A stretch of DNA of 64,000 nt from an uncultured Gemmatimonadaceae bacterium (GTDB lineage: Bacteria; Gemmatimonadota; Gemmatimonadetes; Gemmatimonadales; Gemmatimonadaceae): assembly GCA_963817955.1 (NCBI GenBank), contig CAWFQK010000004.1:1536001-1600000 (forward strand), in the 5' to 3' direction. Of the stretch, positions 30,774 through 41,810 are shown piece after piece; within the stretch, counting starts at the first letter, position 1; each line of letters starts with the position of its first letter. A program made the translations under genes and the position numbers. The notes under the pieces were generated by a model. That model did no database searches. It saw nothing but the letters and a program-made list of their open reading frames with translations, and was not told the origin of the DNA.

Positions 30774-32753
30774 CTACTTATCGGTCGCCGTCGGCCGCTT
30801 GACCACTGTGATCTTGAGTGACGACGGGTACAGCGACGAGTGGTGGACACTGTTGTGGGCCACGAGGCCGGTGGTCTCGTCGTAGTTATTGCCACCGGTG
30901 TTCATGTTGCGGTCGAAACGCGGGAAGTTCGAACTCGAGACCTCGATGCGAACGCGATGGCCGGCGTCGAACAAATTGCTCGTCGTCATTGGCGACAGCG
31001 CCACTTTGTACACCTTGCCTGGCTCCATCCATGTCGGCGGCTTGTCGTAGCCCTCGCGGTAGCGCACCCGCTGAATTGTTTCATCCAGGTTGTAAGCACG
31101 GCCGTCAGGGTAGACGTCAATGAGTTTCACGGTGACGTCCGTATCCTTGCGATCGGACGATATGTACGCCGTGAACTCGACCGGCCCGCTCACCTCCATC
31201 GGCTCCTTGAGCGGATCGCTGGTATAGACGAGGACGTCAGGCCGTGTCTCCATCTTCTGCTGATCCATGCTGCCACCAGTCAGGGCATTCGCCTGGCAGC
31301 ATACGTTGCCGCCATATGACGCCAGCGGGTGCATTGGATCGTAGACGAGGCTGTCCGGGGCATCTTTCGCCGGCGCTTTGGTTCTGAGCACACCATCACC
31401 AGCCGCGGTGTTCGCTTTGCCGGCGCTGCCGAGGAAGAACGTCATCGACTCGGCTCCGCGCGGGGGCCAGCTGTCGGACGTCTGCCATTTGTTCAGGCCC
31501 ATGGTGTAGTAGCGGACCTTCGGCATGGTGTCGAGCAGGTGGTTGTTATCGCCTTTCAGGAAGAGGTCGAACCATCCGTACGTGAGCGCGTCGTAGTCAT
31601 AGCGCGCGTCGCCGACGCTCCGTTCGCCCACGACGGTGTTCGCAGAGGCCCGTTTGTATGAGCAATGCAGCGTCGGTGCGATCACCGCGTACTGTTGGTT
31701 AGCAATGGCCGGATCAGCGGTTTTCCGCACGTGGTTGTACGTCGCGAGGTTCGGCCCAATGGACACGTCGTACCACGACATGAACCAGAGCCCCGGCACG
31801 TTGATCTTCATGCCGTCGTCGAACAGCCCGCCGCGATACCAGGCGGGATCGTTCGGCGTGCGTTGGATCATCGCGCCGCCGGTAGCAATGCCGGGCATGG
31901 AGTCGGCGTAGATGCCGTGCGGACCATCGAGGTGCTTGATCAGGTCCTTCTCGGGCAAATAGGAGAAGTTCTTGGCCCAGTCGGCCGGCGGCTGATGCTG
32001 CACGAGATCGAAGGATTTGGCGGCACGAATGAGATCTTCCTGCGACGTGTTCGGCGCGAACATGGGCCGTACCTGATTCTGCTCGCCCATGATCCAGTCG
32101 ATGAACAGCATCTGTACCGCGCCGCCGCGATACCAGTTGCCCTGCTCGTAGAACGGCTTCACGCGTCCGACGCCGGCGCCAAAGCCCTGTGGAATGATCG
32201 TCGCCAGTCCCTTGGGCGCCTGTGCCGCAACGCCCATCTGCCATTCGGCGGTGGACGAGCAACCGATCAGGCCCACCTTGCCGTTCGACCACGGCTGCGA
32301 GCTGATCCAGCCAATCTCATCGACGCCGTCGGTGAGCGGCGGGCCCAGGATGTCGTAGTTGCCTTCGGAAAAGAAGTGCCCGCGTTCATTGGCGCCGACG
32401 TAGGCGTAGCCGCGTTTCACGGCGTCGAGCTGCGCGCTCATGTCGGCGGGTGCACCGAGCGTGACGTCCCAGAAGTTCATGTTGTACGGCGTGCGCACGA
32501 AGATCGCCGGCACAGGCGCGGCAGCGTTTTTCGGGCGATACACGTCGAACTGCATGCGCGTGCCGTCGCGCATGGGGATCATCAGCTTTCGATCGATGAT
32601 CGCGATCGATTCGAGCTGACTTTCAATTGACTCGCGGCGTGCGACGAGCGCGGTGTCGCGCCCGCCGCGTTGGGCGTGCGAGGAGGTGGGCGACAGCGCA
32701 TTCGCGACCAGTGCGGCCGCGGCGATGAGCGAGAGACGGAAGGGGCGTTGCAT
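30774..32753 (-). CDS. CocE/NonD family hydrolase, secreted
   Basis: [33 protein letters not shown]; start MQRPF (32753). Confidence 0.9.
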   Translation of the reverse strand: MQRPFRLSLIAAAALVANALSPTSSHAQRGGRDTALVARRESIESQLESIAIIDRKLMIPMRDGTRMQFDVYRPKNAAAPVPAIFVRTPYNMNFWDVTLGAPADMSAQLDAVKRGYAYVGANERGHFFSEGNYDILGPPLTDGVDEIGWISSQPWSNGKVGLIGCSSTAEWQMGVAAQAPKGLATIIPQGFGAGVGRVKPFYEQGNWYRGGAVQMLFIDWIMGEQNQVRPMFAPNTSQEDLIRAAKSFDLVQHQPPADWAKNFSYLPEKDLIKHLDGPHGIYADSMPGIATGGAMIQRTPNDPAWYRGGLFDDGMKINVPGLWFMSWYDVSIGPNLATYNHVRKTADPAIANQQYAVIAPTLHCSYKRASANTVVGERSVGDARYDYDALTYGWFDLFLKGDNNHLLDTMPKVRYYTMGLNKWQTSDSWPPRGAESMTFFLGSAGKANTAAGDGVLRTKAPAKDAPDSLVYDPMHPLASYGGNVCCQANALTGGSMDQQKMETRPDVLVYTSDPLKEPMEVSGPVEFTAYISSDRKDTDVTVKLIDVYPDGRAYNLDETIQRVRYREGYDKPPTWMEPGKVYKVALSPMTTSNLFDAGHRVRIEVSSSNFPRFDRNMNTGGNNYDETTGLVAHNSVHHSSLYPSSLKITVVKRPTATDK

Positions 32754-32861
32754 ACAGGCTCCGGTGGGATGCGACGTTGACGGGTTGAACATGCCACGAA
32801 ATGCCTGGGCAGGCCAGCACACATGTGTTTCGCTCGCATCCAAAGGATCTAGTTTTATGGC

Positions 32862-34310
32862 ATGCCCAACACACCCGCACCATCCGAGCTCGAGATCGAT
32901 CGCGAAACCATGCGCCACCTGGGACATCGCGTTGCTGACGTTGTCGTCGAACACCTGGCAACGATCCGTGAGCAGCCTGCGCAGGTGACCCTTGGTCGCC
33001 TGGATGCGGAACGTCTGATCGCGGGATCCCCGCCGGAGCACGGCGCCGAGTTCGAGCAACTTCTGGGCTTTCTGGAGGATCGCGTCTTTCCGTACCACGC
33101 CCGCGAACCGCACCCCCACTTCATGGGGTACATCCCGAGCTCCCCGACCTTTCCAGCCATCCTTGGCGACTGGCTGGCATCCGGTTTCAACTTTTTCAGC
33201 GGCGTCTGGTCTGTGGCATCCGGACCGAACGAGATCGAACTCCTGGTGCTCGACTGGTTCCGGCAGTGGCTCGGGATGCCGGCGGGTACCAGCGGCGTCC
33301 TCACCTCGGGGGGCTCGTCGGCAACCCTGACAGCGGTCGTCGCGGCGCGCCATCGCGCCGACTCCAATGGCGATCTCCTTCCGCGCCTCACGATGTACAC
33401 GTCGGAGCAGGCACATTCCTCGGTGCAACGAGCGGCGTGGATCGCCGGAGTGCCCCGCGTCAACGTGCGCGCGGTGGCGACAGACGATGACTATAGAATG
33501 CGGACTGACGCCTTGCGCGAGGCGATCGCCACCGATCGCGCCGCCGGACTCGTGCCGTTCATGGTAGTGGGAAGCGCAGGCACGACGAACACGGGCGCCG
33601 TCGATCCGCTGCCCGCGATCGCTGATCTCTGCGAGCGCGAATCCCTCTGGATGCACGTCGATGCAGCATACGGCGGGTTCGCCGTGCTGACGAGCGACGG
33701 CGCCACGTTGCTCCGGGGCATTGAGCGGGCGGATTCCGTGACGCTCGATCCGCACAAGTGGTTGTTCGTACCCTTCGAATGCGGGTGTCTGCTCGCCAGG
33801 AACCCAAGGCAGCTCGAGGAGACGTTCACGGTACATCCCGAGTACCTCACCGACGTGCGCGCTCGCGAGCAGGAAGTCAACTTCGCCGACCGCGGTGAAC
33901 AGCTGACGCGATCATCTCACGCGCTCAAGGTGTGGCTGTCGGTCAGCTACTACGGCGTCGCGAAGATGCGCGGCGCCATCGCGGCAGGCGTGCGGCGCGC
34001 CGAGTATGCAGAGGAATTGCTCGCGGCGCGCGGATTCGAGATTCTCTCGCCAGCACAACTGGGCATCGTGTGCTTCCGCGCCCGTCCGTCCGGCCTCGAT
34101 GACGCAGACGCGCTCGATGCGCTGAACGATCGCATCAACGCGCGTCTGAATTCCACCGGCCGGTTTCTGATGTCCTCCACGAAGCTCCGCGGCCGCTTTT
34201 CACTTCGCCTGTGCACGCAAGTGCACCGCATGACCAACGCCGACATCGACGACGTAGTCGCCGAGCTCTGCGAGGCACGAACGGCAGAACACGCGCTCAC
34301 GCCCGTCTGA
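32862..34310 (+). CDS. Group II PLP-dependent (aromatic) amino acid decarboxylase
   Basis: [35 protein letters not shown]. Confidence 0.9.
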   Translation: MPNTPAPSELEIDRETMRHLGHRVADVVVEHLATIREQPAQVTLGRLDAERLIAGSPPEHGAEFEQLLGFLEDRVFPYHAREPHPHFMGYIPSSPTFPAILGDWLASGFNFFSGVWSVASGPNEIELLVLDWFRQWLGMPAGTSGVLTSGGSSATLTAVVAARHRADSNGDLLPRLTMYTSEQAHSSVQRAAWIAGVPRVNVRAVATDDDYRMRTDALREAIATDRAAGLVPFMVVGSAGTTNTGAVDPLPAIADLCERESLWMHVDAAYGGFAVLTSDGATLLRGIERADSVTLDPHKWLFVPFECGCLLARNPRQLEETFTVHPEYLTDVRAREQEVNFADRGEQLTRSSHALKVWLSVSYYGVAKMRGAIAAGVRRAEYAEELLAARGFEILSPAQLGIVCFRARPSGLDDADALDALNDRINARLNSTGRFLMSSTKLRGRFSLRLCTQVHRMTNADIDDVVAELCEARTAEHALTPV

Positions 34311-34335
34311 GCGAGCGCGGTCCACTGCCGGCGGA

Positions 34336-34899
34336 TCAGCGGCTGTAGAGTGCCGTGAGCTCCGCCATACCCAATGTGTGTGCGTGCAGGTTGAAGCCGA
34401 CGTACGCGGCGGTTGCGCCGGCGGGAATGTCGAGTTTGTCGGTGTCGAGGGCGAAGACCGTGAATCGATAGTGGTGCGGCTTGTCGCCCTTCGGCGGACA
34501 CGGACCGCCGTAGCCGGGTGTGCCGAAATCGGTATTTGACTGGACCGCGCCGGCAGGGAGCAGGTTCTTCTTGGCATCGCCCGCGCCGGCGGCAAGCTTC
34601 GTCACACCAGCAGGAATGTTGTACACCACCCAATGCCACCAGCCGCTGCCGGTTGGCGCGTCCGGGTCATAGACGGTGAGCGCGAAGCTCTTCGTGCCCT
34701 TGGGCGCGCCGCTCCACTCGAGGACCGGCGACGTGTTGCTCCCGGTGCACCCCATACCGTTGAAGACCTGTGCGCTGGCGATCTTCTGTCCCTGATGCAC
34801 GTCAGGACTGGTCAGCGAAAACGTGCCGGGTTTCTGGGCGCAGGCAACGGAGGTGGTCACCGCGAGCGCGAACAGCGCGGAAGCGAGTTGTCGTACCAT
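34336..34899 (-). CDS. YbhB/YbcL family (PEBP) protein, secreted
   Basis: DPDAPTGSGWWHWVV, YGGPCPP..HHYRF. Confidence 0.93.
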   Translation of the reverse strand: MVRQLASALFALAVTTSVACAQKPGTFSLTSPDVHQGQKIASAQVFNGMGCTGSNTSPVLEWSGAPKGTKSFALTVYDPDAPTGSGWWHWVVYNIPAGVTKLAAGAGDAKKNLLPAGAVQSNTDFGTPGYGGPCPPKGDKPHHYRFTVFALDTDKLDIPAGATAAYVGFNLHAHTLGMAELTALYSR

Positions 34900-35194
34900 G
34901 GATCTCCTCTCTCCTCGGCTATCATGAAACTTTGAATGAGGGGCTGAGCTTCGCCTGCCTTCAACATAGCGGAGTCGGGTCTCCGCCAAGCTCGTCAGTG
35001 CAGGCCCGATGACGACGGCCGAACTGTGGCCGAGGGTTGCTCTGCAAGGCGCACTTCCCCAACAACGCCAGTCGCGTATCCGGACCCTGGGTCATCTCCT
35101 GCCCGGCAGCCAGACCGCGCAGGCGTGCGATAGTAAGCGGGTCGCGCGACCTCGCTGCATGTGCACCCACCTGGCCGGACCACAGGAGACATTG

Positions 35195-36475
35195 ATGCCG
35201 AGATACACCCGCTTGCTTGCGCTCTTGAGCGTCTCGCTCACCGCCTCGGTGGCGTTTGCGCAATTCCCCATTCCCTCGAAGATCAACGAGAAGGTGAAGC
35301 AACGCATCGAACAGAAGCAGGACAGCCTGATCGACAAAGGAATCAACAAAGTCGACTGCGCCGTTACCGATCAGAAGTGCATCGATGACGCCAAGGCCGC
35401 CAAGAAGGACGTCGTGCTCACGGATGCAAAGGGCAAGCGTCTCCCCGACAACCAGCAACCCAAGGCGCAGCAGCAAGCGGCCGGCGGCGAGGCCGCACAG
35501 GCGGGAGATGCCGCCTGGGCGAACTTCGACTTCGTGCCCGGCGAGAAGGTGCTGTTCAAGGATGATTACATGAGCGATCGCGTCGGCAACTTTCCGCACC
35601 GTCTGGAATTCATCAGCGGCAACGCGGAGATGGTGACCTGGAAGGGATCTCGGTGGCTGAGAATCAACTCGACATCGGTGTTCGCGGTGCCGCTCCCCAG
35701 CGTCTTGCCGGATCGGTTCACGATGGAATTTCCGATCACACTCCCGTGGTGGGGAATGCAGGTCTACGGCGGTCCGGACGGTAACCCAAGCTCACCGAGC
35801 GACCGAAAGTTCTCGTGGATCGTGATCAGTTGCTGTGAGGTGGGCGTCAAGCTTGCCAGCCGAGATGGCGGGTCGGTCAGCGATCCCAGAAAGGCAACCG
35901 GCGTCAGCGACATTGACGGCCACCTGTTCACCGTGCGGGTGCAAGGCGATGGTAAGTATCTCAAGGTCTATCTCGATCAAACGCGCGTGGCGAACATCCC
36001 GACCGCCGACTTCAAGCGCACGAACAAGATCTATTTCCAGATCAGACCGAGCAACGACACATCGATCTTCGTTGGTCCCATCTCGATCAATGCAGGCGGC
36101 CAGACGATGTACGATGCGCTGTCGGCCGCCGGCCGGTTCGCGACGCAGGGCATCTACTTCGATACAGGCAGCGACGTGGTGCGTGGCGAATCGACGCCCA
36201 CGCTGCAGGACATCGCGGACATGCTGAAGGAGCACCCCGATCTGAAGTTGCGCATTGAAGGCCACACCGACAACGTCGGCGACGCGGCAGCCAATCAGAC
36301 GCTCTCCGAAAAACGCGCGGCGGCGGTCAAGCTGTATCTGGTCAGCAAACTCGGCATCGATGCCGCTCGGCTGGAGGCACAGGGCTTTGGCGCCACCAAG
36401 CCAATCGGGCCGAACGACACGCCGGAAGGACGGCAGAACAATCGGCGGGTGGAGTTGGTGAAGCTCAATAAATGA
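35195..36475 (+). CDS. OmpA-like domain protein
   Basis: Signal peptide; NFDFVPGE; C-terminal IEGHTD..N..LS.KRA..NRRVE; AGGAG RBS. Confidence 0.9.
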   Translation: MPRYTRLLALLSVSLTASVAFAQFPIPSKINEKVKQRIEQKQDSLIDKGINKVDCAVTDQKCIDDAKAAKKDVVLTDAKGKRLPDNQQPKAQQQAAGGEAAQAGDAAWANFDFVPGEKVLFKDDYMSDRVGNFPHRLEFISGNAEMVTWKGSRWLRINSTSVFAVPLPSVLPDRFTMEFPITLPWWGMQVYGGPDGNPSSPSDRKFSWIVISCCEVGVKLASRDGGSVSDPRKATGVSDIDGHLFTVRVQGDGKYLKVYLDQTRVANIPTADFKRTNKIYFQIRPSNDTSIFVGPISINAGGQTMYDALSAAGRFATQGIYFDTGSDVVRGESTPTLQDIADMLKEHPDLKLRIEGHTDNVGDAAANQTLSEKRAAAVKLYLVSKLGIDAARLEAQGFGATKPIGPNDTPEGRQNNRRVELVKLNK

Positions 36476-36509
36476 TTGGGTCGTCCGAGATTTGTGTGGG
36501 TGATTTCGG

Positions 36510-36990
36510 GGGACACGGGACACGGGACACGGGACACGAGACAGGGGACACGAGACAGGGGACACTCACAACGCACAACTCACAACTGGAAACTCGAAAC
36601 TCGCCGACCGGTGGGCCGACGGCTACGGAGCAGCCAGCGACATCCAGCCGGTCACCACCCGGAGTCCAATCCGATCTCCCATGTCCTTCGTTCAGGATGA
36701 CAGGCCTTCGCGCAGGACGACAGGCATCGCGGGTGATCAGAGGTGAGTTGTCAGTTGTCAGTTGTCAGTTGTCAGTTGTCAGTATACGGGTCCTGTGCAC
36801 CAGGGCGCCTGGCTCGCAGGCCACAATCGCCGGTCGGCGAGGTTCGGGTATCCAGTTGTGAGTCATGAGTTGTGAGTTGTAAAAACGCACCACGCATCAC
36901 TCACAACTCACAACTCGAACCTGGCCGCCCGCTACGGAGCAGCCAGCGACATCCCGCCAGAATAGAGCCCGGAGCCCAATCCCCGCTGCA
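36510..36990. repeat. Dispersed repeat cluster: full copy 5 plus REP-like fragments, (AGTTGTC)n and two partial cores
   Basis: Heptamers 36510-36564, core 36564-36649(+), tail to 36672, CAGGATGACAGGC near 36693, AGTTGTC x5 36746-36783, partial (-) 36830-36880, internally deleted (+) 36899-36985. Confidence 0.92.
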
Positions 36991-37244
36991 CCGGCCGGCG
37001 CGAGTGGCTTGCGAGCCAGGGCCACCCGCGCGACTACCCTGCACGATTGATGCGACTCCCTCCTCATTCCTCATAGTTCTTCCGCTGCGCGGAGTGACGG
37101 GCCTCTGTCCGGACTGCCGCTGCATCATCGGCAACGCTATCAATGACCTGCTCGGCCTGATGGTCCGGGATGACAGCGTGCACACCCCTTCAGAGATGCG
37201 TGGTCACCTCGCGCCCTACTTGTCCTCGCGTGCGGCCAATTCGT

Positions 37245-37562
37245 TCACGCACGCCTGACGCAGCGGCCCAGTTCGTTCTCGACGATACGCTCGATCGTCG
37301 AATCGTCCACCGCATCGTACTCGTGGCGGAGCACGTTGCCCAAACCGCGAATGCCGCGCCACGAGACATGGGGCTGACGCTCCTCGATCATTGGGCCGAG
37401 CTTCTTCGCGGCTTCGCTGATCCGTTCGAGGCACCGCTCGACCGCATCGCGCGTCTTGTCGTCGAACTCTGCGCCAGGCTTCATGCACTTCAGGTGGGCG
37501 CGCACCCGATCGATGTTGGTGACGACGTCCTGTAGCCGTTGGCGAGGCACGTCAGAAGGCAT
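37245..37562 (-). CDS. HepT/DUF86 HEPN toxin
   Basis: RLQDVV.NI, DAVERCLERISEA, W..I.G.GN.LRHEY. Confidence 0.85.
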   Translation of the reverse strand: MPSDVPRQRLQDVVTNIDRVRAHLKCMKPGAEFDDKTRDAVERCLERISEAAKKLGPMIEERQPHVSWRGIRGLGNVLRHEYDAVDDSTIERIVENELGRCVRRA

Positions 37563-37851
37563 ACACCGCTTGCGCCTCTGCGCTCGGACGCACATGAGGA
37601 CGGAGGCGGTCGCGTCGGGCGACGTCGACGTCCTGCCCCACGATCTGTTCGAGGTCAGCCGCTATTCCCGCGTACGCGAAGAAGTCGTCGGCTACACCCG
37701 GCGTGAGATCGACGAACAGGTCCACATCGCTGTCGGCTCGGTGCTCCGAACGCACGACCGAACCGAACACCGCGACGTGGACAACGCCGCGCTCACGAAG
37801 TTCGACTTCGTGCGCGCGGAGCTTCGCGAGGATGTTCGTGAGGAGCGACAT
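37552..37851 (-). CDS. MntA-like minimal nucleotidyltransferase antitoxin
   Basis: FGSVVR.E...DSDVDL; overlaps the DUF86 gene. Confidence 0.88.
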   Translation of the reverse strand: MSLLTNILAKLRAHEVELRERGVVHVAVFGSVVRSEHRADSDVDLFVDLTPGVADDFFAYAGIAADLEQIVGQDVDVARRDRLRPHVRPSAEAQAVYAF

Positions 37852-37885
37852 ACGAAAAACCTACTCCCGAGGTGGCTGGCCTACA

Positions 37886-38101
37886 ACACGTCCGCGGCGA
37901 CGCACGTCAAGAAAGTCGACAATACCACGGCATTGATCTGGAAACCCTGTCTCGTCGTCGAACAACATTTCCGCAAACTGAACGCCTCGCACTTCTGTAT
38001 CGACGGGTACAATGGCGTCTTGTTTCACGACGGTCTGTGCACGGTGAACCCGACCCGAGAACGGATCGCCCTCTGACGCCGGGTACTCTGGACAAGATCT
38101 C
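37886..38101 (+). mobile_element. IS256-family remnant (transposase C-terminus plus right-end-like sequence)
   Basis: TSAA...KKVDN.TALIWK..LVVEQHFRKLNA..Y.G..F.DG stop 38076, then GACAAGATCTC. Confidence 0.65.
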
Positions 38102-38129
38102 TAAGCTCGACCTTGGCCATTTCGGCGGC

Positions 38130-38516
38130 TCAGAATTCGTAGCCTTGATCGAGCCAGTAGTGCCAATCATCGATCGCTCGGCGCGTCTTCGTACCCACAT
38201 CGTGTGCGCCACGGACTTCCAGTTGAGCCAGCGGGACGGCGAGCGGACGGTCGAGCCAGCAAATCTGGACGAACATCTCGTGCTCGCACTCCTGTTCCGG
38301 CGCCATGCTGCTGACGAGGACGCGATCGCCGGGGTTGAGTGGCGAAATGGCACGGGCGGCGCGGCACCGGGCCGTAAACGGAAACCGCAGGGTGTTTTCA
38401 AGGTAGCAGTACCACCCCATAGCCTGTTCTTGCGGGCCGTAGGCATCGACGATGATTTCGTCAAGAATGCGGCGCTCCGACGCAGCGTTCCGTTTTCGAG
38501 GAGGTGGCTTGGCCAT
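38130..38516 (-). CDS. CcbP-like calcium-binding family protein
   Basis: RI..EIIVDAYG..EQAMGWY.YLE..L.FPF.A.C, LAVPL.QL, AI.DW.YW. Confidence 0.8.
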   Translation of the reverse strand: MAKPPPRKRNAASERRILDEIIVDAYGPQEQAMGWYCYLENTLRFPFTARCRAARAISPLNPGDRVLVSSMAPEQECEHEMFVQICWLDRPLAVPLAQLEVRGAHDVGTKTRRAIDDWHYWLDQGYEF

Positions 38517-38650
38517 GGACACCTGTGTCGGGGCGCGCGTCCGGTGCCGAAGTCCCAGCGAGCTCCGGGCAGGCTGCTGCCAGACTCATGAAGTAACGAA
38601 GCGGGCGATTTCGTAGACTTGCGACATCTCTCGGCCAAGAGCGATGCCTC

Positions 38651-38828
38651 ATGCCTCCGCTACCGACCCGCTTCGTCGCTATCATCGTAGCATTTTCCGG
38701 GCTATTTCGCCAACGGACCTGGCGGTACGCCGAGCCCCTGTTGATCGGGGCGATGCTCGCGCCGGGCATTCGCGCCGTCGCCGGGGTGCTGCGCGTCCTC
38801 GGGCTCGCCGATGAGCGCCACTTCGTCT
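38651..38828 (+). pseudogene. IS701-like transposase N-terminal remnant
   Basis: LP......F..LF..RTW..A..LL.GA.LAPG.R.VA..LRVLGL..ERHF, similarity then ends. Confidence 0.7.
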
Positions 38829-38923
38829 CGAACACCGCAGCTTTCCCCTCACCGCGCCGGATGCAACACGAGCCAGATGCCGGCGGCATCTGGCTCGTGT
38901 TGCGTTCACTGCGCGAGGCAGCG

Positions 38924-39580
38924 TCACGACCGTGCAGTCACCATGGCATACGCCAGCACCGCCCAGAAATGCGCCGCGCTTCCACCAAGCACGCAGAGAT
39001 GCCACATCGCATGCCCGAACCGAATCCGGTGGTCGTACACATAGAACGCGACGCCACCGGTGTACAGCAATCCACCGGCGAGGACTAGCTCGAGGCCAGG
39101 ACGCGGAACGTGCTGCACCATCGGCACCACCGCGATGACGACCAACCATCCCATCGCGACGTACAGCACCGTTGACAGATGTGGCATTCGCACGCCGTAG
39201 ACGGCCTTGAACAACACGCCGGTGGCAGCGAGCACCCAGATCACGCCGAACATGCTCCACCCCCACCTGCCGCGCATCGGGCCGAGGAGAAACGGCGTGT
39301 ATGTGCCGGCGATCAGTAGGTAAATGGCCGCGTGGTCGCATCGCCGCATCACCGCCTTCACCCGTTCGCCGGGGAGCGCGTGATACAGCGTGGATGTCGA
39401 GTAGAGCAGGATCAGAGAGATCCCATAAATAACGGCGGCCACGACGAGCCTTGCATCGTGTCGCGCCGACGCGGTGAGAATGAGCACCGGGAGCGCGGCA
39501 ACGCTCAACAGCAACCCCATTCCGTGCGTCGCTGCGTTAGCTATCTCCTCAGCTATCGTTTGTCGACGGTCGTGGCTCAT
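38924..39580 (-). CDS. Hemolysin III / PAQR family membrane protein
   Basis: EEIANA.THG, STLYH, DHAAIYLLIAGTYTPF, HAMWHL.V. Confidence 0.93.
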   Translation of the reverse strand: MSHDRRQTIAEEIANAATHGMGLLLSVAALPVLILTASARHDARLVVAAVIYGISLILLYSTSTLYHALPGERVKAVMRRCDHAAIYLLIAGTYTPFLLGPMRGRWGWSMFGVIWVLAATGVLFKAVYGVRMPHLSTVLYVAMGWLVVIAVVPMVQHVPRPGLELVLAGGLLYTGGVAFYVYDHRIRFGHAMWHLCVLGGSAAHFWAVLAYAMVTARS

Positions 39581-39611
39581 GCCGCAAGATAGCGTGGTGC
39601 ACGGCCGCGCG

Positions 39612-39643
39612 CGGGACACGAGACACGAGACACGAGACAGGGG
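39612..39643. repeat. Heptamer array (GAGACAC)n
   Basis: GGGACAC GAGACAC GAGACAC GAGACAG between divergent genes. Confidence 0.85.
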
Positions 39644-39686
39644 ATGCCCGAAATCACCGACACCAATCCCACGAAGGGCCCCAGTT

Positions 39687-40901
39687 ATGAATAGCAGCAT
39701 TCGACGAGCTGTTGCATTTGGCGCCGTGCTTTCGCTCGCCGCGTGTGCGCATCAGCCCGCCGTTACGCTGGCGGCAACGGTGCCCGCGATGGCGTCCGCG
39801 CCAGGGCCTGCACCTGAGCGCTGGCTCGGGCTCATCGGCGAGTACGATACACCGGCCGGAATGCGGATCGTGCTCGAGGACGGTGGACATCTGCTGTTTG
39901 CCGACACGACGCGGCACAGCATGCCGCTGACCGAGCGCTCCCGCAATGTGTTCGACATCAGCCGCGACGCTTCAGCGGCGCTGCTCGGCGCACCGTCTGA
40001 CGAACTCCAGTTCGTACGCGATGCGTCGGACCGCGCGACAGAGGCCGTTGCAGACGGCGTGCGATTGCTCCGGCGCACCATCGAACCACTACCGGGGACG
40101 AACCAGCTCCGCATCGCACCGCTGCGCCCGGTGGAGGAATTGCGTGCCGAAGCGATCGCCGCATCACCGCCGCAGGAGCCGGGGACATTCCGGCCGTCGG
40201 ATCTCGTCGAGCTCACGCAACTCGACTCGACGATCAAGCTCGAGATCCGCTACGCAACCACCAACAACTTCCTCGGCACCCGCTTCTACGATCAGGCGCG
40301 CGCCTTCATGCAGCGTCCGGCGGCTGACGCCGTGGTGCGCGCCAATCAGTGGCTCCGGCCGCTCGGCTACGGCTTACTCGTGCACGATGCGTATCGCCCC
40401 TGGTACGTGACGAAGATGTTCTGGGACGCGACGCCGCCGGAGAAACGCTGGCTCGTCGCCAATCCCGCGCAGGGATCGCGGCACAATCGCGGTGCGGCCG
40501 TCGACCTCACGCTCTACGCGCTCGCGACGGGTCAGCCCGCCGAGATGCCAAGCACATACGACGAGAGCACTGACCGCGCCTACGCGGACTATCCGGGCGG
40601 CACATCGCTACAGCGCTGGCATCGCGCGCTGCTGCGGCGCGCGATGGAAGCGCAGGGGTTCACCGTGAACCCCACCGAATGGTGGCACTTCGATTACCGT
40701 GACTGGCGGAACTATCGTATTGGCAACGTGCCGTTCGAGGGGGTGCGAGACATGGGCGGGGGACACGGGACGCGAGAAACTCACAACGTACAACTCACAA
40801 CTGGCAACTCGAACCTCGCCGACCGGTGGGTCGACCGGTACGGAGCAGCCAGCGACACCCAGCCGGCTCACAGAGATCCTTCGCTTGGCTCAGGAGGATA
40901 G
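39687..40901 (+). CDS. M15 D-Ala-D-Ala dipeptidase (VanX/DdpX-like) lipoprotein with repeat-derived C-terminal extension
   Basis: Lipobox LAAC; IRYAT.NNF, DAYRP, SRHNRG.AVD, EWWHFD; last ~50 aa translate the repeat. Confidence 0.88.
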   Translation: MNSSIRRAVAFGAVLSLAACAHQPAVTLAATVPAMASAPGPAPERWLGLIGEYDTPAGMRIVLEDGGHLLFADTTRHSMPLTERSRNVFDISRDASAALLGAPSDELQFVRDASDRATEAVADGVRLLRRTIEPLPGTNQLRIAPLRPVEELRAEAIAASPPQEPGTFRPSDLVELTQLDSTIKLEIRYATTNNFLGTRFYDQARAFMQRPAADAVVRANQWLRPLGYGLLVHDAYRPWYVTKMFWDATPPEKRWLVANPAQGSRHNRGAAVDLTLYALATGQPAEMPSTYDESTDRAYADYPGGTSLQRWHRALLRRAMEAQGFTVNPTEWWHFDYRDWRNYRIGNVPFEGVRDMGGGHGTRETHNVQLTTGNSNLADRWVDRYGAASDTQPAHRDPSLGSGG

Positions 40902-40958
40902 GCATCGCGGGTACTGTGATCAGTTGTGAGTTGTGAGTTGTGAGTTGTGAGTTGTAAA
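40749..40958 (+). repeat. Dispersed repeat copy 6 with REP-like tail and complementary (GTTGTGA)n
   Basis: Core 40779-40864; AGATCCTTCGCTTGGCTCAGGA near 40874; GTTGTGA x4-5 40923-40955. Confidence 0.93.
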
Positions 40959-41610
40959 AACGGACCCCGGGTGACTGCCCGGCACAATTCTATTTCGCTG
41001 TGAACGTGACGCGACGCAATGTCACCGAACCTTCGCGAGGGTCATTTGGGGCGCCGGATCAATTCCTCCCCTTTCGCTCGGAATTGTCGCATCACGATGC
41101 AGTCTGGCGAGGTGGACGTCTCGGAATGTGGGTGGTTGGTAAGCGGAATGAAGCCACCGCGCCCCGATCCTGGCCCGCCATGGGTGGCCGTTATTCGGCC
41201 GCGGCCAAAGTAACGCTGCCGCGCGCGGTTCTCGAACGTGCCGCGGCCATGATCCGCCATGCCGCGCTATCGATCGGCGTGCCGCGCTATCGATCCGCAT
41301 GCCGCGCGCAGGCCGCAGAACTCCGCAAGATGAAGTCGGCGTACCGCGCGAGCGGCGGCCGTGCCAGTCCAAGTCGGTCGGGTAGGCGCATGGACAACCG
41401 GTGTTGCCGCGCGCGCTGGTCGGATGCCGCCGATTTTTGAGCCGTGCCGCGCTTGGACCCGCACGCACAAACGTCTTCCGCCGGCGCCCCGCGCCGGATG
41501 CGACTACGGCGCGAGTTGCATCCGTCGCGCCGCGATCGGAGGCCAGAAGCCGCGGCGAGAGCACGTTGCGCCGCGCCCGGGAGCCTGACGCCACTGCCGG
41601 GCGGCGCAGC

Positions 41611-41810
41611 GGGGATTGGACTCCGGGCTGGATGTCGCTGGCTACCGATCGCGAGGCGGGGATTGGACTCCGGGCGCTATTCTGGCTGGCTGTCGCTGGC
41701 TGCTCCGTACCGGTCGACCCACCGGTCGGCGAGGTTCGAGTTTCCAGTTGTGCGTTGTGAGTTTCTCGCGTGTCTCGTGTCTAATGTCCCATGTCTCGTG
41801 TCCCGTCCCC
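41611..41810 (-). repeat. Dispersed repeat copy 7 with duplicated tail
   Basis: Core 41684-41762 (one heptamer shorter); GGGGATTGGACTCCGGG at 41611 and 41658; heptamers up to the stop at 41811. Confidence 0.93.

Noticed and set aside
30774..33836. 1020-aa ORF, and similar long N-terminal extensions (727-1833, 12046-13746, 21076-23139)
   Set aside because: Extensions overlap real genes in other frames or strands; high-GC shadow frames
41000..41594. ORFs inside the inverted pair
   Set aside because: No recognisable domain, RBS or protein-like composition
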